Source: Eledone cirrhosa
Taxonomy: Eukaryota
NCBI GenBank assembly: GCA_964016885.1
Contig: OZ024759.1
Location: forward strand, 16,678,001 to 16,742,000
Direction of reading: 5' to 3'
DNA: 64,000 bases
The notes under the pieces were generated by a model that was not told the origin of the DNA, did no database searches, and was given only the letters and a program-made list of their open reading frames with translations. Of this stretch, positions 52,238 to 64,000 are shown one piece after another (positions within the stretch are counted from its first letter, which is position 1; every line of letters starts with the position of its first letter). A program made the position numbers and the translations under genes.

Positions 52238-52807
52238 GTAAGAACAGAAACGTTTCATTTTTATCTTTTCGTCGGATTATAGATTTTAGTGTGTATACCT
52301 GGATTTCACTTTGTAAAGGAGGCTGAATTAAGTGCAAGAATTGCAAAAGCTGGTGCAGTAATGCATCAGCATCAGCAATCAGAAGAAGGGAGGAGGGCGT
52401 AAAAGCCAAACTCGCTGTCTTCAATTCAGTTTTCCTGCCAATCCTTACCTATCATGAATCTTGGGTAATGACTGAAAGCATATGATCGTAAATACAAGTG
52501 GCTGCGATAAAGTGCGTAGATCAGAGAGTCACTCCAGGTAGAGAAACTACTTCTCCAAATTGAGAGATATTGTGGGCAGTTTCAACAGAAAGAGGTAGAA
52601 AATTCTGGCCGGTTTGAACACTAAAGGGTTAATAGATGCAACTGACCTTGGTCATTAGAGCACTTTGGCTGCCTCATGTGTCTCAAGATGTGGGAGCTTC
52701 TAAGTCTAAGTAATTCAAGTGATGTTTTTTTGTGTTTTTTTTATTCTTCAAGAAGTTTAATGTGTAGTACAGAATTTGAACAGTTAAGCTTCTCTGTTTT
52801 CTTTCAG

Positions 52808-52942
52808 TGTATGCCTGGTCTTGGAACTAAAGTCCTCTATGAGTTGCTCTACAACCCACCGACCAAGATTCTGGTACTAACTGGCTGTAGCATCGTTTCA
52901 ACATTTGTAGCAGAAGCTGCCAAAATGTGGAACCTTGTTGTG
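52808..52942 (+). CDS. GABBR1: GABBR1 exon ([18 protein letters not shown]...MWNLVV)
   Basis: AG/GT bounded; LYELLYN.P.K. Confidence 0.95.
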
Positions 52943-53466
52943 GTAAGTTTCACCCCCCCCCACCACCACCACCACCACCACTACTACTACTACTACTACC
53001 TCCACCACTGCTTCTTTTTCTTCTTCTCCTCCACCACCACAATGACAATCATCATCATTTAACATGCATTTATTTCCATGGTGGTATGGGTTGGACAGGT
53101 CATCACAAGCCAAGTCAGTATTTAACCCTTGAGCATTTACCTTACTCTATATTTACTATTGTATTTTCACGGTAAACGCTTTACCTCACATAATTCTCTC
53201 ACATAATATTTAATCTATGAGATTTTGATATTATTTATTTTGAGAACAATACCTTAAGTGTGAGCAGCCGGTTACAGCTGGTTTAAACAGAAAGAGGTGA
53301 GAGAATTCTGGCCGGATACAACCGGTTTAAATGTTAAAGAGTTAAACCCAGCTTCTCCCTCAACTCGTCCAAGCTCTGCCTTTCTCTTGCACTTACATTG
53401 CACATCTAATGGACCATATATATGTTTGTTTATTTTTCTCTTTATTTAAAAAAAATCTATTTGCAG

Positions 53467-53637
53467 CTTGCTTATGGAGCCAGCTCTCCTGCCTTGTCCA
53501 ATCGAGATAGGTTTCCTACATTTTTCCGAACGCATCCTTCAGCTACTTTGCACAATCCAACTCGCGTAAAATTATTCCAGCGCTACAAATGGAAACGAAT
53601 TGCGACCATACAAGTCTCACTTGAAGTCTTTACTTCT
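53467..53637 (+). CDS. GABBR1: GABBR1 exon ([13 protein letters not shown]...EVFTS)
   Basis: [22 protein letters not shown]. Confidence 0.96.
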
Positions 53638-54830
53638 GTAAGTTTCTAATTTTGTTGTTTTTATGGAAGATGCGGTGGAGTGGGGGGGGGGGGGGGGGGG
53701 GGTTAGTGAAGGCACATGGCCTAGTGGTTAGAGAATTGAATTCACAAGCATGAGGTTGCCAGTTTGATTCCCTTGCCAGCCGATGTGTTTTGTCCTTGAT
53801 TGAGCAAGACACTTTATTCCATGTTGTTCTTTCTGTCAGAAGTTGTGACCAGTAGATTGTATCAACAATTGGAAAGACCAAAGGAAACATTGCAAGGGTG
53901 GGACGGGAACTGATTCTGGCTTGATTTCTACAGCTGGATGCCCTCCCTAACACCAACCTCATTTACAGTGAGTGCTGGGTGCTTTTTTTCCGTGGCGCCT
54001 ACACGTCCACTTTACAGTGTGGGCTGGGTGCTTTTTTTTTTTGCCGTGGCACCTCCACGACCACTTTGCAGTGGCATGATAGGGACCCCAGTCCTATCAT
54101 CTCATTTCTACAGCTGAGTAAACTGGAGCAATGTGAAATAAAGTGTCTTGCTCAAGGAAACAACACATCTCCCGGTCTGAGAATTGAACTCACAACCTTT
54201 CGATTGCAAGGCCAATGCTCTAACCACTAAGCCATGTGCCTCCACTATATATATATATATATCTTTAATTAGAAAGGGAACAACACAATATATAACTACT
54301 CCATTACCAAAGGTTTCAGGACTCCAGACAATATTAACATATGTCTAGATTGTTCATCAGACAGAGAGGTTATGTCTGATGAATGATCTAGACGTATTTC
54401 AATATTGTCCAGGGTTTCTGAAACCTTTGGTAATGGAGTAGTTATATATTGTGTTGTTCCCTTTCTAATTAAATAGCTCTGTTCTATACATAGAGCCCTC
54501 TTTTTTCCTTACCTAACATATATATATATCTTTATATAGAAATGATTGCTATGGGACTTGAATTGTTTCATTTGTTTGACATCATCAGGAAAGTCTTTGA
54601 CACAACTGAAGTATCCTTCTGACCCTTTTTTTAGCTAGTTTTCTATGGCTGGATGTTGTCTCGACCACAAACCACTTTACAGAGTGTACTGGGTGTGTTT
54701 TAGTGTGTCACCAACACTAGAGAGGTTGTCATATCTTTGACACTTCTGAAGGGTCCTCCCAGCCCTTTATTTAACAGGTTTTCTATGGGTAGATGCCCTT
54801 TCTATATATTATCAATATTTCCTATTTCAG

Positions 54831-54932
54831 ACAATTGATGATTTAGAAAGGAAAGTCAAGGAAGCTAATATCGACATCGCCGTCCGTCAAAGTTTCTTGA
54901 CTGATCCAACAAATGCAGTCAAAAACTTAAAG
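54831..54932 (+). CDS. GABBR1: GABBR1 exon ([12 protein letters not shown]...VKNLK)
   Basis: DDLE..VKEA.I.I..RQSF..DP...VKNLK. Confidence 0.95.
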
Positions 54933-55443
54933 GTAAGGAAACATTATTATTTTGCAGCATAAAGTTATGGCCTTTTACGTTCTGAGTTCAAATCCCGCCG
55001 AGGTTAACTTTTATCCTTACGGGGTCGATAAAATAAAATACCAGTCCCACACTGGGGTCGATTTAATCAACTTTCCCCTCCTCCAAAATTGTTAGCCTTG
55101 TGCCTATATAAGAAACCATTATTGAGAGCGGTGAATTAGCAGAATCGGTAGAACGTTGGACAACATGCTTTGCAGCATAGAGTTATGGCCCTTTACGTTT
55201 TGAGTTCAAATCCCGCCAAGGTTAACTTTGCCTTTCATCCTTACAGGGTCAATAAAATAAAGTACCAGTAATGCACTGGGGAATTGCTGGCCTTGTGCCA
55301 AAAGTAGAAACAATTATTTCATATAAGAACCTTTTGTTCAGTTATATTTCAAATACCATCTTGATAATGAAATAGCTAATAATTTTAATAAATCCCTCTT
55401 AATTCTTTATTAATCAATCTGGCTCATTATATTTCATTTGAAA

Positions 55444-55632
55444 GGGCGGTGGATTGGCAGTATCGGTAGAGGGTCGAATGCCATGCTTTGCAGCATGGAG
55501 TTACGACCCTTTATGGTCTGAGTTCAAATCCCGCCGAGGTTAACTTTGCCTTTCATCCTTACGGGGTCGATAAAATAAAAGCACCAGTAATGTACTGGGA
55601 TAATTGCTGGCCTTGTGCCTAAAGTAGAAATA
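55444..55632 (+). mobile_element. full-length tRNA-derived SINE with 18-bp TSD; more than 15 copies or fragments in the window
   Basis: B-box GAGTTCAAATCCC, body TTGCCTTTCATCCTTACGGGGTCGATAAAATAAA; TSD attatatttcatttgaaa at 55426-55443 and 55633-55650. Confidence 0.85.
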
Positions 55633-55703
55633 ATTATATTTCATTTGAAATATGGTAACAAAATGGTTAAAATTATTCCATTGTTTCTCCCTCTCTCTTA
55701 CAG

Positions 55704-55769
55704 AGGCAAGACGCTCGTATTATAGTTGGAGTTTTCTACGAAGACATGGCTAGAAGAGTATTCTGTCAG
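55704..55769 (+). CDS. GABBR1: GABBR1 exon ([22 protein letters not shown])
   Basis: conserved motif; AG/GT bounded. Confidence 0.95.
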
Positions 55770-56464
55770 GTATGTAAAGATTATTGAGAATTTCAACTTC
55801 ATCATCATTTCATTTTACGTCCACTTTTTCCCTGCTTGCAAGGGTGGGACGGGAACTGATTCTGGCTTGATTTCTACAGCTGGATGCCCTTCCTAACACC
55901 AACCTCATTTACAGTGAGGGCTGGGTGCTTTTTTGCTGTGGCACCTCCACGACCACTTTGCAGTGGAATGATAGGGACCCCAGTCCTATCATCTCATTTC
56001 TACAGCTGAGTAAACTGGAGCAATGTGAAATAAAGTGTCTTGCTCAAGGAAACAACACATCACCCGGTCTGAGAATTGAACTCACAACCTTTCGATTGCA
56101 AGGCCAATGCTCTAACCACTTGTATTTCTTTATTTTTTTACTTCTTTCATTCCCAAGAATGTCTCGTTAATGTGGTTTCATGCAGTACAGGATCATTATT
56201 ATCTCCATCTTGGGTACAAGCTGAAGCATATAGACAATATGCCCCCACCGCAAGGTGGTCGTGGAGGTGCCACGGCAAAAAAGCACCCAGCCCACACTGT
56301 AAATGAGGTTGGTGTTAGGAAGGGCATCCAGCTGTAGAAATCAAGCCAAATCAGTTCCTGTATGAGCAAGGCATGGTCAGCGACCAGACACTGCCCATAA
56401 CAGGACAACCCGTCCAACCCATGCTAGCGTGGAAGAACGGACGTAAAACGGTGATGATGATGAT

Positions 56465-56965
56465 GATGATCTTCTCCACCATTATACACTGTCATCATCA
56501 TCATCATCATCATCACCATCATCTCCATCATCTTTATACACTGTCATCATCATCATCATTATCATCATCATCTACATTATCTCCATCACCATTATACACT
56601 GTCATCATCATCATCATCATCATCATCGTCGTCTTCATCACCACCACCATTATACACTATGTTATCATTATCATCATCATCATCACCGTCATCATTTTAT
56701 CATTGTCATCTTTGTCATCATCGCCAGCACCACCACCACCACCATCATTTAATGTCTGTCCACCACCACCACCACCATCATCATTTAATGTCTGTCCACC
56801 ACCATCATTTAATGATTGTCCCCCACCACAACCACCACCACCACCACCATCATTTAATGACTGTCCACCACCACCACCACCATCATCATTTAATGTCTGT
56901 CCACCACCACCACCATCATTTAATGACTGTCCCCCACCACAACCACCACCACCATCACCATCTGC
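56465..56965. repeat. (CAT)n/(CAC)n low-complexity tract with a higher-order repeat
   Basis: catcat and caccac runs with repeated catttaatg.ctgtcc. Confidence 0.9.
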
Positions 56966-57020
56966 TTACAAAAGAGTCAATGAATTTAATGAAATATATT
57001 TTTTGTTATTCTTTTTTTAG

Positions 57021-57212
57021 GCTTATAAAGAAAAACTGTATGGTAAAAAATATGTTTGGTTCATCATTGGTTGGTACCCAGATAATTGGTATATGGCTGA
57101 AGATAAGTCTATCAACTGCACTGTTGACCAGTTGAAGGAAGCTCTGGAAGGTCACTTCACAACAGAGGCTATGATCTTAAACCAACAACCCACAAAAACT
57201 TTGGCACATATG
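57021..57212 (+). CDS. GABBR1: GABBR1 exon (AYKEKLYGKKYVWFIIGWYPDNW...HM)
   Basis: GKKYVWF.IGWY.DNW, INCTV, EGH.TTE. Confidence 0.96.
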
Positions 57213-57352
57213 GTATAGTAATATTAAATAATAATGATAATAATGAAATGATTGTGTACAGTGCTCAGGTGCACTACAACTCATCAAAGGTGCATGTATA
57301 GTACATAGAATAATGTACAAATGTCAGGAAAATGAACAGTGTATGAGTCATG

Positions 57353-57388
<36 letters not shown>

Positions 57389-58074
57389 AATATTGTGTAC
57401 AGTGCCCAGGTGCACCACAACTCATCAAAAAAGTGCATGTACAGTATATAGGGCAATGCAGAAACATCAGTAAAATGAACAGTGCACAAGTCATGATACA
57501 CACGTGTGCATTATATTTAATCCTTTAGTATTTACATTACTTTATATTTACTATTGTATTTTCACAGTTAAGGCTTTACCTCACATAATATCGAATCTGT
57601 GAGATTTTGATATTATTTATTTTGAAAACAATACCTTAACATCAGTATGAGTGGACATTTACAGCCAGTTTGAACAGAAAGAGGCGAGAGAATTGTGGCC
57701 AGATACGGCCAGTTTAAATGCTAAAAGTTATATTGTCTTCATCATCATCATCATTTAATGTCTGCTTTCCCTGCTGTCAAGGGTTAGATGAGTCTTCACA
57801 GATTGATTCTGCAATGAAGCGGAGTTACAACCTCCCAGACTGGGTGTAGGTTCACATCTTGTTTACTTATGGATCCATGTTCTACTGAGTTCATTTTATC
57901 ATGACATCAACACTAGAGAGGTTGTCATACCTTTGACTCAACTGAAGCGTCCTCCCAAATTTTGTTTTGGCAAACTTTCTACCACTTTATAGCATGTACT
58001 GGGTGCTTTTAACATATATATTTAAAATATAGTACAGTAATATTGTTTTATATTTAAAATATGGTATAATGTTA

Positions 58075-58640
58075 TTTAGAATGGACTGGGTGGTATTTAT
58101 TGTGGCACCAACACTACCACTTTCAAGAGTGGACTTGATGTTAGTTATCATGGCACCATCACTACCAGTTTACTGGGAGGACTGGGTGCTTATCATCCCA
58201 CCAACTCTACCACTTTACAGGGTAGCCTGGGTACTTTTTCTCATGCCACCAACACAACCACTTTACTGGGTGGACTGAATGCTTTTTATCATGCCACCAG
58301 CACTACCACTTTACTGGGTAGACTGGGTGTTATTTATTGTGCCACCAGCACTACCACTTCACTGGGTGGACTGGGTGTTATTTATTGTGCCACCAGCACT
58401 ACCACTTTACTGGGTGGACTGGGTGTTATTTATTGTGCCACCAGCACTACCACTTCACTGGGTGGACTGGGTGTTATTTATCGTGCCACCAGCACTACCA
58501 CTTTACTGGGTGGACTGGGTGTTATTTATTGTGCCACCAGCACTACCACTTCACTGGGTGGACTGGGTGTTATTTATTGCACCACCAGCACTACCAGTTT
58601 CCTAGGAGGACTGGGTGCTTTTCATCATGGCACCAACACT
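58075..58640. repeat. 48-bp minisatellite related to 528-1500
   Basis: unit actgggtggactgggtgttatttattgtgccaccagcactaccacttt. Confidence 0.9.
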
Positions 58641-58702
58641 ATAGCTGTATCATACTTAAAATATGTTTATGGTTACATTACATTTCTCCTTTACCGTTTC
58701 AG

Positions 58703-58842
58703 ACATCCCAAAGATATAAAGAACGTCTTGATTCTAAACTCAATGTCTCTGACACAAGTCAGGTAACAGGTTACCCAGAATCCCCTCTTGCTTATGATGC
58801 ATTGTGGGCTGTTGCATTAGCCCTAAACAAAACTGCAACAAG
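58703..58842 (+). CDS. GABBR1: GABBR1 exon (TSQRYKERL...ESPLAYDALWAVALALNKT)
   Basis: PLAYDA.WA.ALALNKT. Confidence 0.95.
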
Positions 58843-59481
58843 GTAATCTTTTTAAAGGTTTATTTATAAATTCTATACAATCTTCTTAACCCCTGTTTAT
58901 TACCATATTTCTACTGAAATACACTGCCTATGTGTTTCAGTTAATGTTCAAAATAACGAAGCATTTTGAGGAATTTAATAAAATAAGCTTTTCAATGAGC
59001 TAGTGTATCATCATCATCATCATCTTTATCACCACTACCACCATCATAATCATCGTTTTATGTTTATTTTCCACACTAGCATGGGTTAGGCGGGTTGTCC
59101 TGTTCGAGTCAAGCTGGGTCAGGTGTCCCAGTCTTGCTTAAATAGAAAGAACTTTTTCTGGCTTGGTTTCTACAGCTGGAAGCCCTTCCTAATATGCCAA
59201 ACACTTTACAGTGTGGACTGGGTGCTTTCTGTGGTGACACCTACATGACCACTTTACAGTGTGGACCGGGTGCTTTTTGTCGTGTCACCTACACGACCAC
59301 TTTACAGTGTGGACCGGGTGCTTTTTGTCGTGACACCTACATGACCACTTTACAGTGTGGACTGGGGACTTTTTGTCGTGACACCTACATGACCACTTTA
59401 CAGTGTGGGTTGGGATTTTTTTAATATATATACATGTATGTTAGAAGCTTTAATAACAGCTGTTTGTATTTTCTCTTCCAG

Positions 59482-59587
59482 ATTAGCACTAAAAAATCTC
59501 ACATTGGATGAATTTGATTACAATAAAAAGCACATTACAGATGAAATATATTCAGCCATGGATTCTACAAGTTTTCTTGGAGTGTCG
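59482..59587 (+). CDS. GABBR1: GABBR1 exon (LALKNLTLDEFDY...TSFLGVS)
   Basis: I.D.IY.AM.S.SF.GVS. Confidence 0.94.
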
Positions 59588-60256
59588 GTTAGTTAGAGTT
59601 GCTTCAAATTTCTACCAATTCTCTACTTCTAGCATTGTAATACTTTCCTGACTCTGTTTCAATTAACCCTTTAGTATTTACGTTACTTATATATATGCTA
59701 TTGTATTTTCACGGTAAACACTTTATCTTACATAATATGGGATCTATGAGATTTGGATATTATTTATTTTGAGAACAAAACCTTAACATAAGTATGAAAA
59801 GCTGGTTACAGCTGGTTTGAACCGAAAGAGGTGAGAGAACTCTGGCCAAAAGTCACTCTTGCAAAATGGGGACATTGTGTGTGACTGCGGCATCGAACCA
59901 CAAACTATGCTGCACCTCATGATATGCCCCCTACTGGAACACCCCTGCACAGCATTGACTTGACAGAGTTTAATGAGAAAGGATAGTAATGTGTTCAGCC
60001 GTGGCAGAACCATATCTAGCTAAGCTTTGTAACTGACACTCTTGTGGACACGACAAGAAGAAGACCTACAGTTCTCATATAAAATTAATTTGGAAGAATT
60101 TTAGAATAATATAAATCAGAACTCTTTAAAATGGGAGACTTTCATAGAACCAGGGCTGGTTTTAGTGGGAGAACCAGGGCTGGTTTTAGTGGGGTTGGCA
60201 TCAACATTATTTTTTGTGATCGTTTATCTTATCAAAGATTTGTTTTAATTATTTAG

Positions 60257-60320
60257 GGCAATGTGGCTTTCTCATCTGAAGGTGACCGGATTGCTTTAAC
60301 ACAGATTGAACAAATGATAA
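60257..60320 (+). CDS. GABBR1: GABBR1 exon (GNVAFSSEGDRIALTQIEQMI)
   Basis: G.VAFS..GDRIA.TQIEQ. Confidence 0.94.
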
Positions 60321-60724
60321 GTAAGTATTTCATTTTGCATATAATTATTGCAGATTATCATCAGAATCATCATCATTTATTGTCCTATTTTCCACGCTAG
60401 CATGGGTTGGACGAGTTGTCCTGTTGTGACTCAAGTCAGGTCAGATGACCATGTCATGCTCATACAGAACTGTTTCTGGCTTGGTTTTTGTGGCTAGATG
60501 CTCTTCCTAATGCCAACCCCATTAATAGTATGGACTGTGTGCCTTTTCATCCTTACGGGGTCGATAAAATAAAGCACCAGTAATGCACTGGGGTAATTAC
60601 TGGCCTTGTGCCAAAAGTAAAAACATTATTATTATTATTATTATTAATTAATTAAAATACAGTGTATTTCAATAGAAATGAGGTCATAAAAGGTTTAACA
60701 TGATTTTCATTTTTCAAATTTCAG

Positions 60725-60802
60725 ATGGTACCTATCATTTAATGGGATATTTTGATTCTGTTACTGATAACCTCACATGGTTAGATAAAGAACAGTGGCT
60801 AG
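60725..60802 (+). CDS. GABBR1: GABBR1 exon (GTYHLMGYFDSVTDNLTW...W)
   Basis: G.Y...GY.D...D.L.W; AG/GT bounded. Confidence 0.92.
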
Positions 60803-61035
60803 GTAAGTAATATATTTAACTATTGAATGTACGTATAGTATATTTGATAATATACTGTATGTTTATTTAAACTATACATGCATACATACATACATACATT
60901 GCTATTTCAGAGCACCGATACTAATTCCTAATTTTTGCTGGACCAGCAACTGCTCTGTTTAATCAGCTCTTAAACATTACTGGAATTCTATGAGAATCCA
61001 GCTTCTATAAATCTTGGCAGAAGCGAAGGGATATA

Positions 61036-61078
61036 CAATCTTGACAACTGCTTAAGAGCGAGAAACGGCCGTTGATTG
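61036..61078 (+). ncRNA. hammerhead-like motif with U3-A8 core variant
   Basis: CAATC-TTGACAA-cTGCT taag AGCGa-GAAAC-GGCC-GTT-GATTG; stem I 5 bp, palindromic helix III. Confidence 0.5.
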
Positions 61079-62271
61079 CTTCCCTTTGCTTTTGACGAGA
61101 CCAAATGATACAGGTGTACATATTCTTCTATAAAATATGTATTTGTTATATATACAATATACCGTGTTTTCTTATATGATATATGTATGGCTCTTTTGCT
61201 CTCTATATATACATATATCTTTTCATTTGGTTATTATGACTCTAGATAAAGTCTATTGAGCTTGCTTATTGAGAAACACAAAATTCTAAACATATTTGAT
61301 ATGTTTTGATTCATTATTTGTATATATATATATATATCATTCATCATCATCATCATTTCATTTTACGTCCACTTTTCCCTGCTTGCAAGGGTGGGACAGG
61401 AACTGATTCTGGCTTGATTTCTACAGCTGGATGCCCTTCCTAACACCAACCTCATTTACAGTGAGTGCTGGGTGCTTATTTGCCGTGGCACCTCCACGAC
61501 CACTTTGCAGTGGAATGATATGGACCCCAGTCCCTATCATCTCATTTCTACAGCTGAGTAAACTGGAGCAATGTGAAATAAAGTGTCTTGCTCAAGGAAA
61601 CAACACATCACCTGGTCTGAGAATTGAACTCACAACCTTTCGATTGCAAGGCCAATGCTCTAACCACTAAGCCATGTGCCTCCACTATATATATAAAACA
61701 AAGAAGGTGTGGTAAGATACCAGGTGGACCATAACACACCAGAGTACTCAATACTTAGGGTAGTAGAGTGGGTAATAGGACTTTACCTATATATATATAT
61801 ATATGTATATATGTATATTTGTGTCATATTTAGCTTTCATGGAGCAAGAAACGCTGGTCGTCACAAGAAGACATATGTCAAGCAACTTGAGGACGATACT
61901 GGATGCACTGCGGAAGAACTGGCAAACGCTATGAGAGACAGATGGATGGAGGAAACGTGTCGTAGAAAGCCGAGCAAGCTCGACCTGATGATGGTGATGA
62001 TATATGTATATACATATGTTTATTAATGTGTTGGTTGAACTCACAACCTTTCGATTGCAAGGCCAATGCGCTAATCACTAAGCCATGTGCCTCCACTATA
62101 TATATATATAAAACAAATAAGGTGTGGTAAGATACCAGGTGGATCATAACGCACCAGAGTACTCAATACTTAGGGAAGTAGAGTGGGTAATAGGACTTTA
62201 CCTATATATATATGTATATATGTATATACATATGTTTATTAATGTGTTGGTTTTTCTTAAATATTTTTCAG

Positions 62272-62422
62272 GAGGAAAGCCACCACCAGATCACACAAGA
62301 TTTGTTAGATTTCTGAGAGTTGTACCACAGGGTCTGTTCTTTAGTATGTCTGTCCTTGCTTTCTTTGGCATCTTGGCTGGCATAGTTTGTATGTCCTTCA
62401 ATATTATGCACAAACACAGACG
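62272..62422 (+). CDS. GABBR1: GABBR1 exon (GGKPPPDHT... TM1 ...FNIMHKHR)
   Basis: GG.PP.D stalk then hydrophobic TM1; CG/gtgagt donor. Confidence 0.94.
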
Positions 62423-63224
62423 GTGAGTACTCAATACCAACACACACCTATTTAGCTATGCTTTTTACTTGTTTCTTCTTGTTTCTTTTTTTTTTTTTTT
62501 TTTTTTTTAAATATTTACTTCTTCAGAAGGGTGATGGATAATCAGAATTGGTAGAGTGTCAGATAAAATGCCATTGTGGTGGTATTTATTTTGTTTCTTT
62601 ACATTCTGAGTTCAAATCCTGCTGAGGTCAACTTTGACTTCCATCCTTCCAAGGTCCATAATATAAAAAAAAATCAATCAAGTACTGGGATTGATTTAAC
62701 CCTTTAGCATTTAAACCAGTCGTATCTGGTCAGAATTCTTTCACCTCTTTTTGTTCAAACTGGCTGTAATTGGCCACTCATACTGATGTTAAGGTATTGT
62801 TCTCAAAATAAATTACATCAAAATCTCATAGATTCAATATTATGAGATATTATGTGGGGTAAAGCCTTTACCGTGAAAATACAATGGTATATATAGAGTA
62901 ATATAAATACTAAAGGGTTAATCCATTTTTCCCTCCCCTCCTCTCAAATTGCTGGTTTGTGCTTAATTAAAAGCCAATATTTACTTTTTATTTTTATGTA
63001 CATTTATTGGTTTCAGTTATTAAATTTTGGCCATGCTGGATTACTACTTTGAAGAAATTTAAATTTAGTTGATCGTATGAATCCCAGTATTTATTTTTTT
63101 TAAATCTAGTCGAAATGCTAAAATACACACACACATACACACACACACATATATACACAGTCATAGATATACAGATATATAGGATGTACTCCACTACCCA
63201 TCACACTCATGATACTCGTTTGCT

Positions 63225-63958
63225 AAGATATACTGGGCTGTAGAGTCAGTCACTCACAGCTGAAACACACCACCTAGACTGGAGTATCGAGTCTGTCACT
63301 CATAGCTGAGATATACCCCCTAGACTGGAGTGTAGAGTCTACCACTCACAGCTGAGATATACCACCTAGACTGGAGTATCGAGTCTGTCACTCATAGCTG
63401 AGATATACCCCCAGACTGGAGTGTAGAGTCTACCACTCACAGCTCAGATATACCACCTAGACTGGGGTGTAGAGTCTGTCACTCACAGCTGAGATATACC
63501 ACCTAGACTGGGGTGAAGAGTCTACCACTCACAGCTGAGATATATCACCTAGACTGGGGTGTAGAGTCTGTCACTCCCTACCACAGCTGAGATATACCAC
63601 CTAGACTGGGGTGTAGTCTACCACTCCCTACCACAGCTGAGATATACCACCTAGACTGGGGTGTAGTCTACCACTCCCTACCACAGCTGAGATATACCAC
63701 CTAGACTGGGGTGTAGAGTCTGTCACTCACAGCTGAGATATACCACCTAGACTGGGGTGTAGTCTACCACTCCCTACCACAGCTGAGATATACCACCTAG
63801 ACTGGGGTGTAGAGTCTGTCACTCACAGCTGAGATATACCACCTAGACTGGGGTGTAGTCTACCACTCCCTACCACAGCTGAGATATACCACCTAGACTG
63901 GGGTGTAGAGTCTGTCACTCACAGCTGAGATATACCACCTAGACTGGGGTGTAGAGTC
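63225..63958. repeat. minisatellite of about 45-50 bp units, about 15 copies
   Basis: cacagctgagatataccacctagactggggtgtagagtct repeated. Confidence 0.93.
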
Positions 63959-64000
63959 CCCCTTCTCCCCTTCTTTTTACTTTTGTTATTTAATTTCCCC

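Larger units (their letters stand above)
51839..62422 (+). other. GABBR1: GABA-B receptor subunit 1 gene, 5' part (11 coding exons; Venus-flytrap domain to TM1), continues beyond the window
   Basis: [94 protein letters not shown] are GABA-B1 hallmarks including the ligand-contacting Trp/Ser/His/Tyr/Glu positions. Confidence 0.95.

Noticed and set aside
56373-57135. His/Pro-rich ORFs
   Set aside because: (CAT)n/(CAC)n low-complexity intronic sequence; the true exon at 57021 is in a different frame.

Overview
AT-rich, repeat-dense eukaryotic (animal) genomic DNA. The SINE/LINE/MITE content and TA microsatellites suggest a coleoid cephalopod such as Octopus (inference). Three intron-containing genes lie on the + strand, assembled by hand from GT-AG boundaries with consistent exon phases: (1) the last 24 coding exons of the giant E3 ligase UBR4/p600 (52..28481, stop TAA); (2) a complete 8-exon box C/D snoRNP assembly factor ZNHIT6/BCD1 (33153..43913, 266 aa) with an upstream NRF-1 site and E-box; (3) the first 11 coding exons of a GABA-B receptor subunit 1 (51839..62422, Venus-flytrap domain to TM1, continuing past the window). 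Nearly all long ORFs in the supplied track are artefacts of minisatellites and microsatellites. The most interesting non-genic signal is about a dozen type-I hammerhead ribozyme motifs from several unrelated families. They sit in introns and intergenic DNA, mostly next to (TA)n tracts and often inside foldback palindromes, as expected for Penelope-like retroelement termini. One looks structurally intact (34040-34101, sense strand of ZNHIT6 intron 1), two have a U3-A8 covariant core, and one pair shows compensatory stem II changes. UBR4 also has a candidate 33-nt in-frame cassette micro-exon and duplicated splice sites created by tandem repeats.
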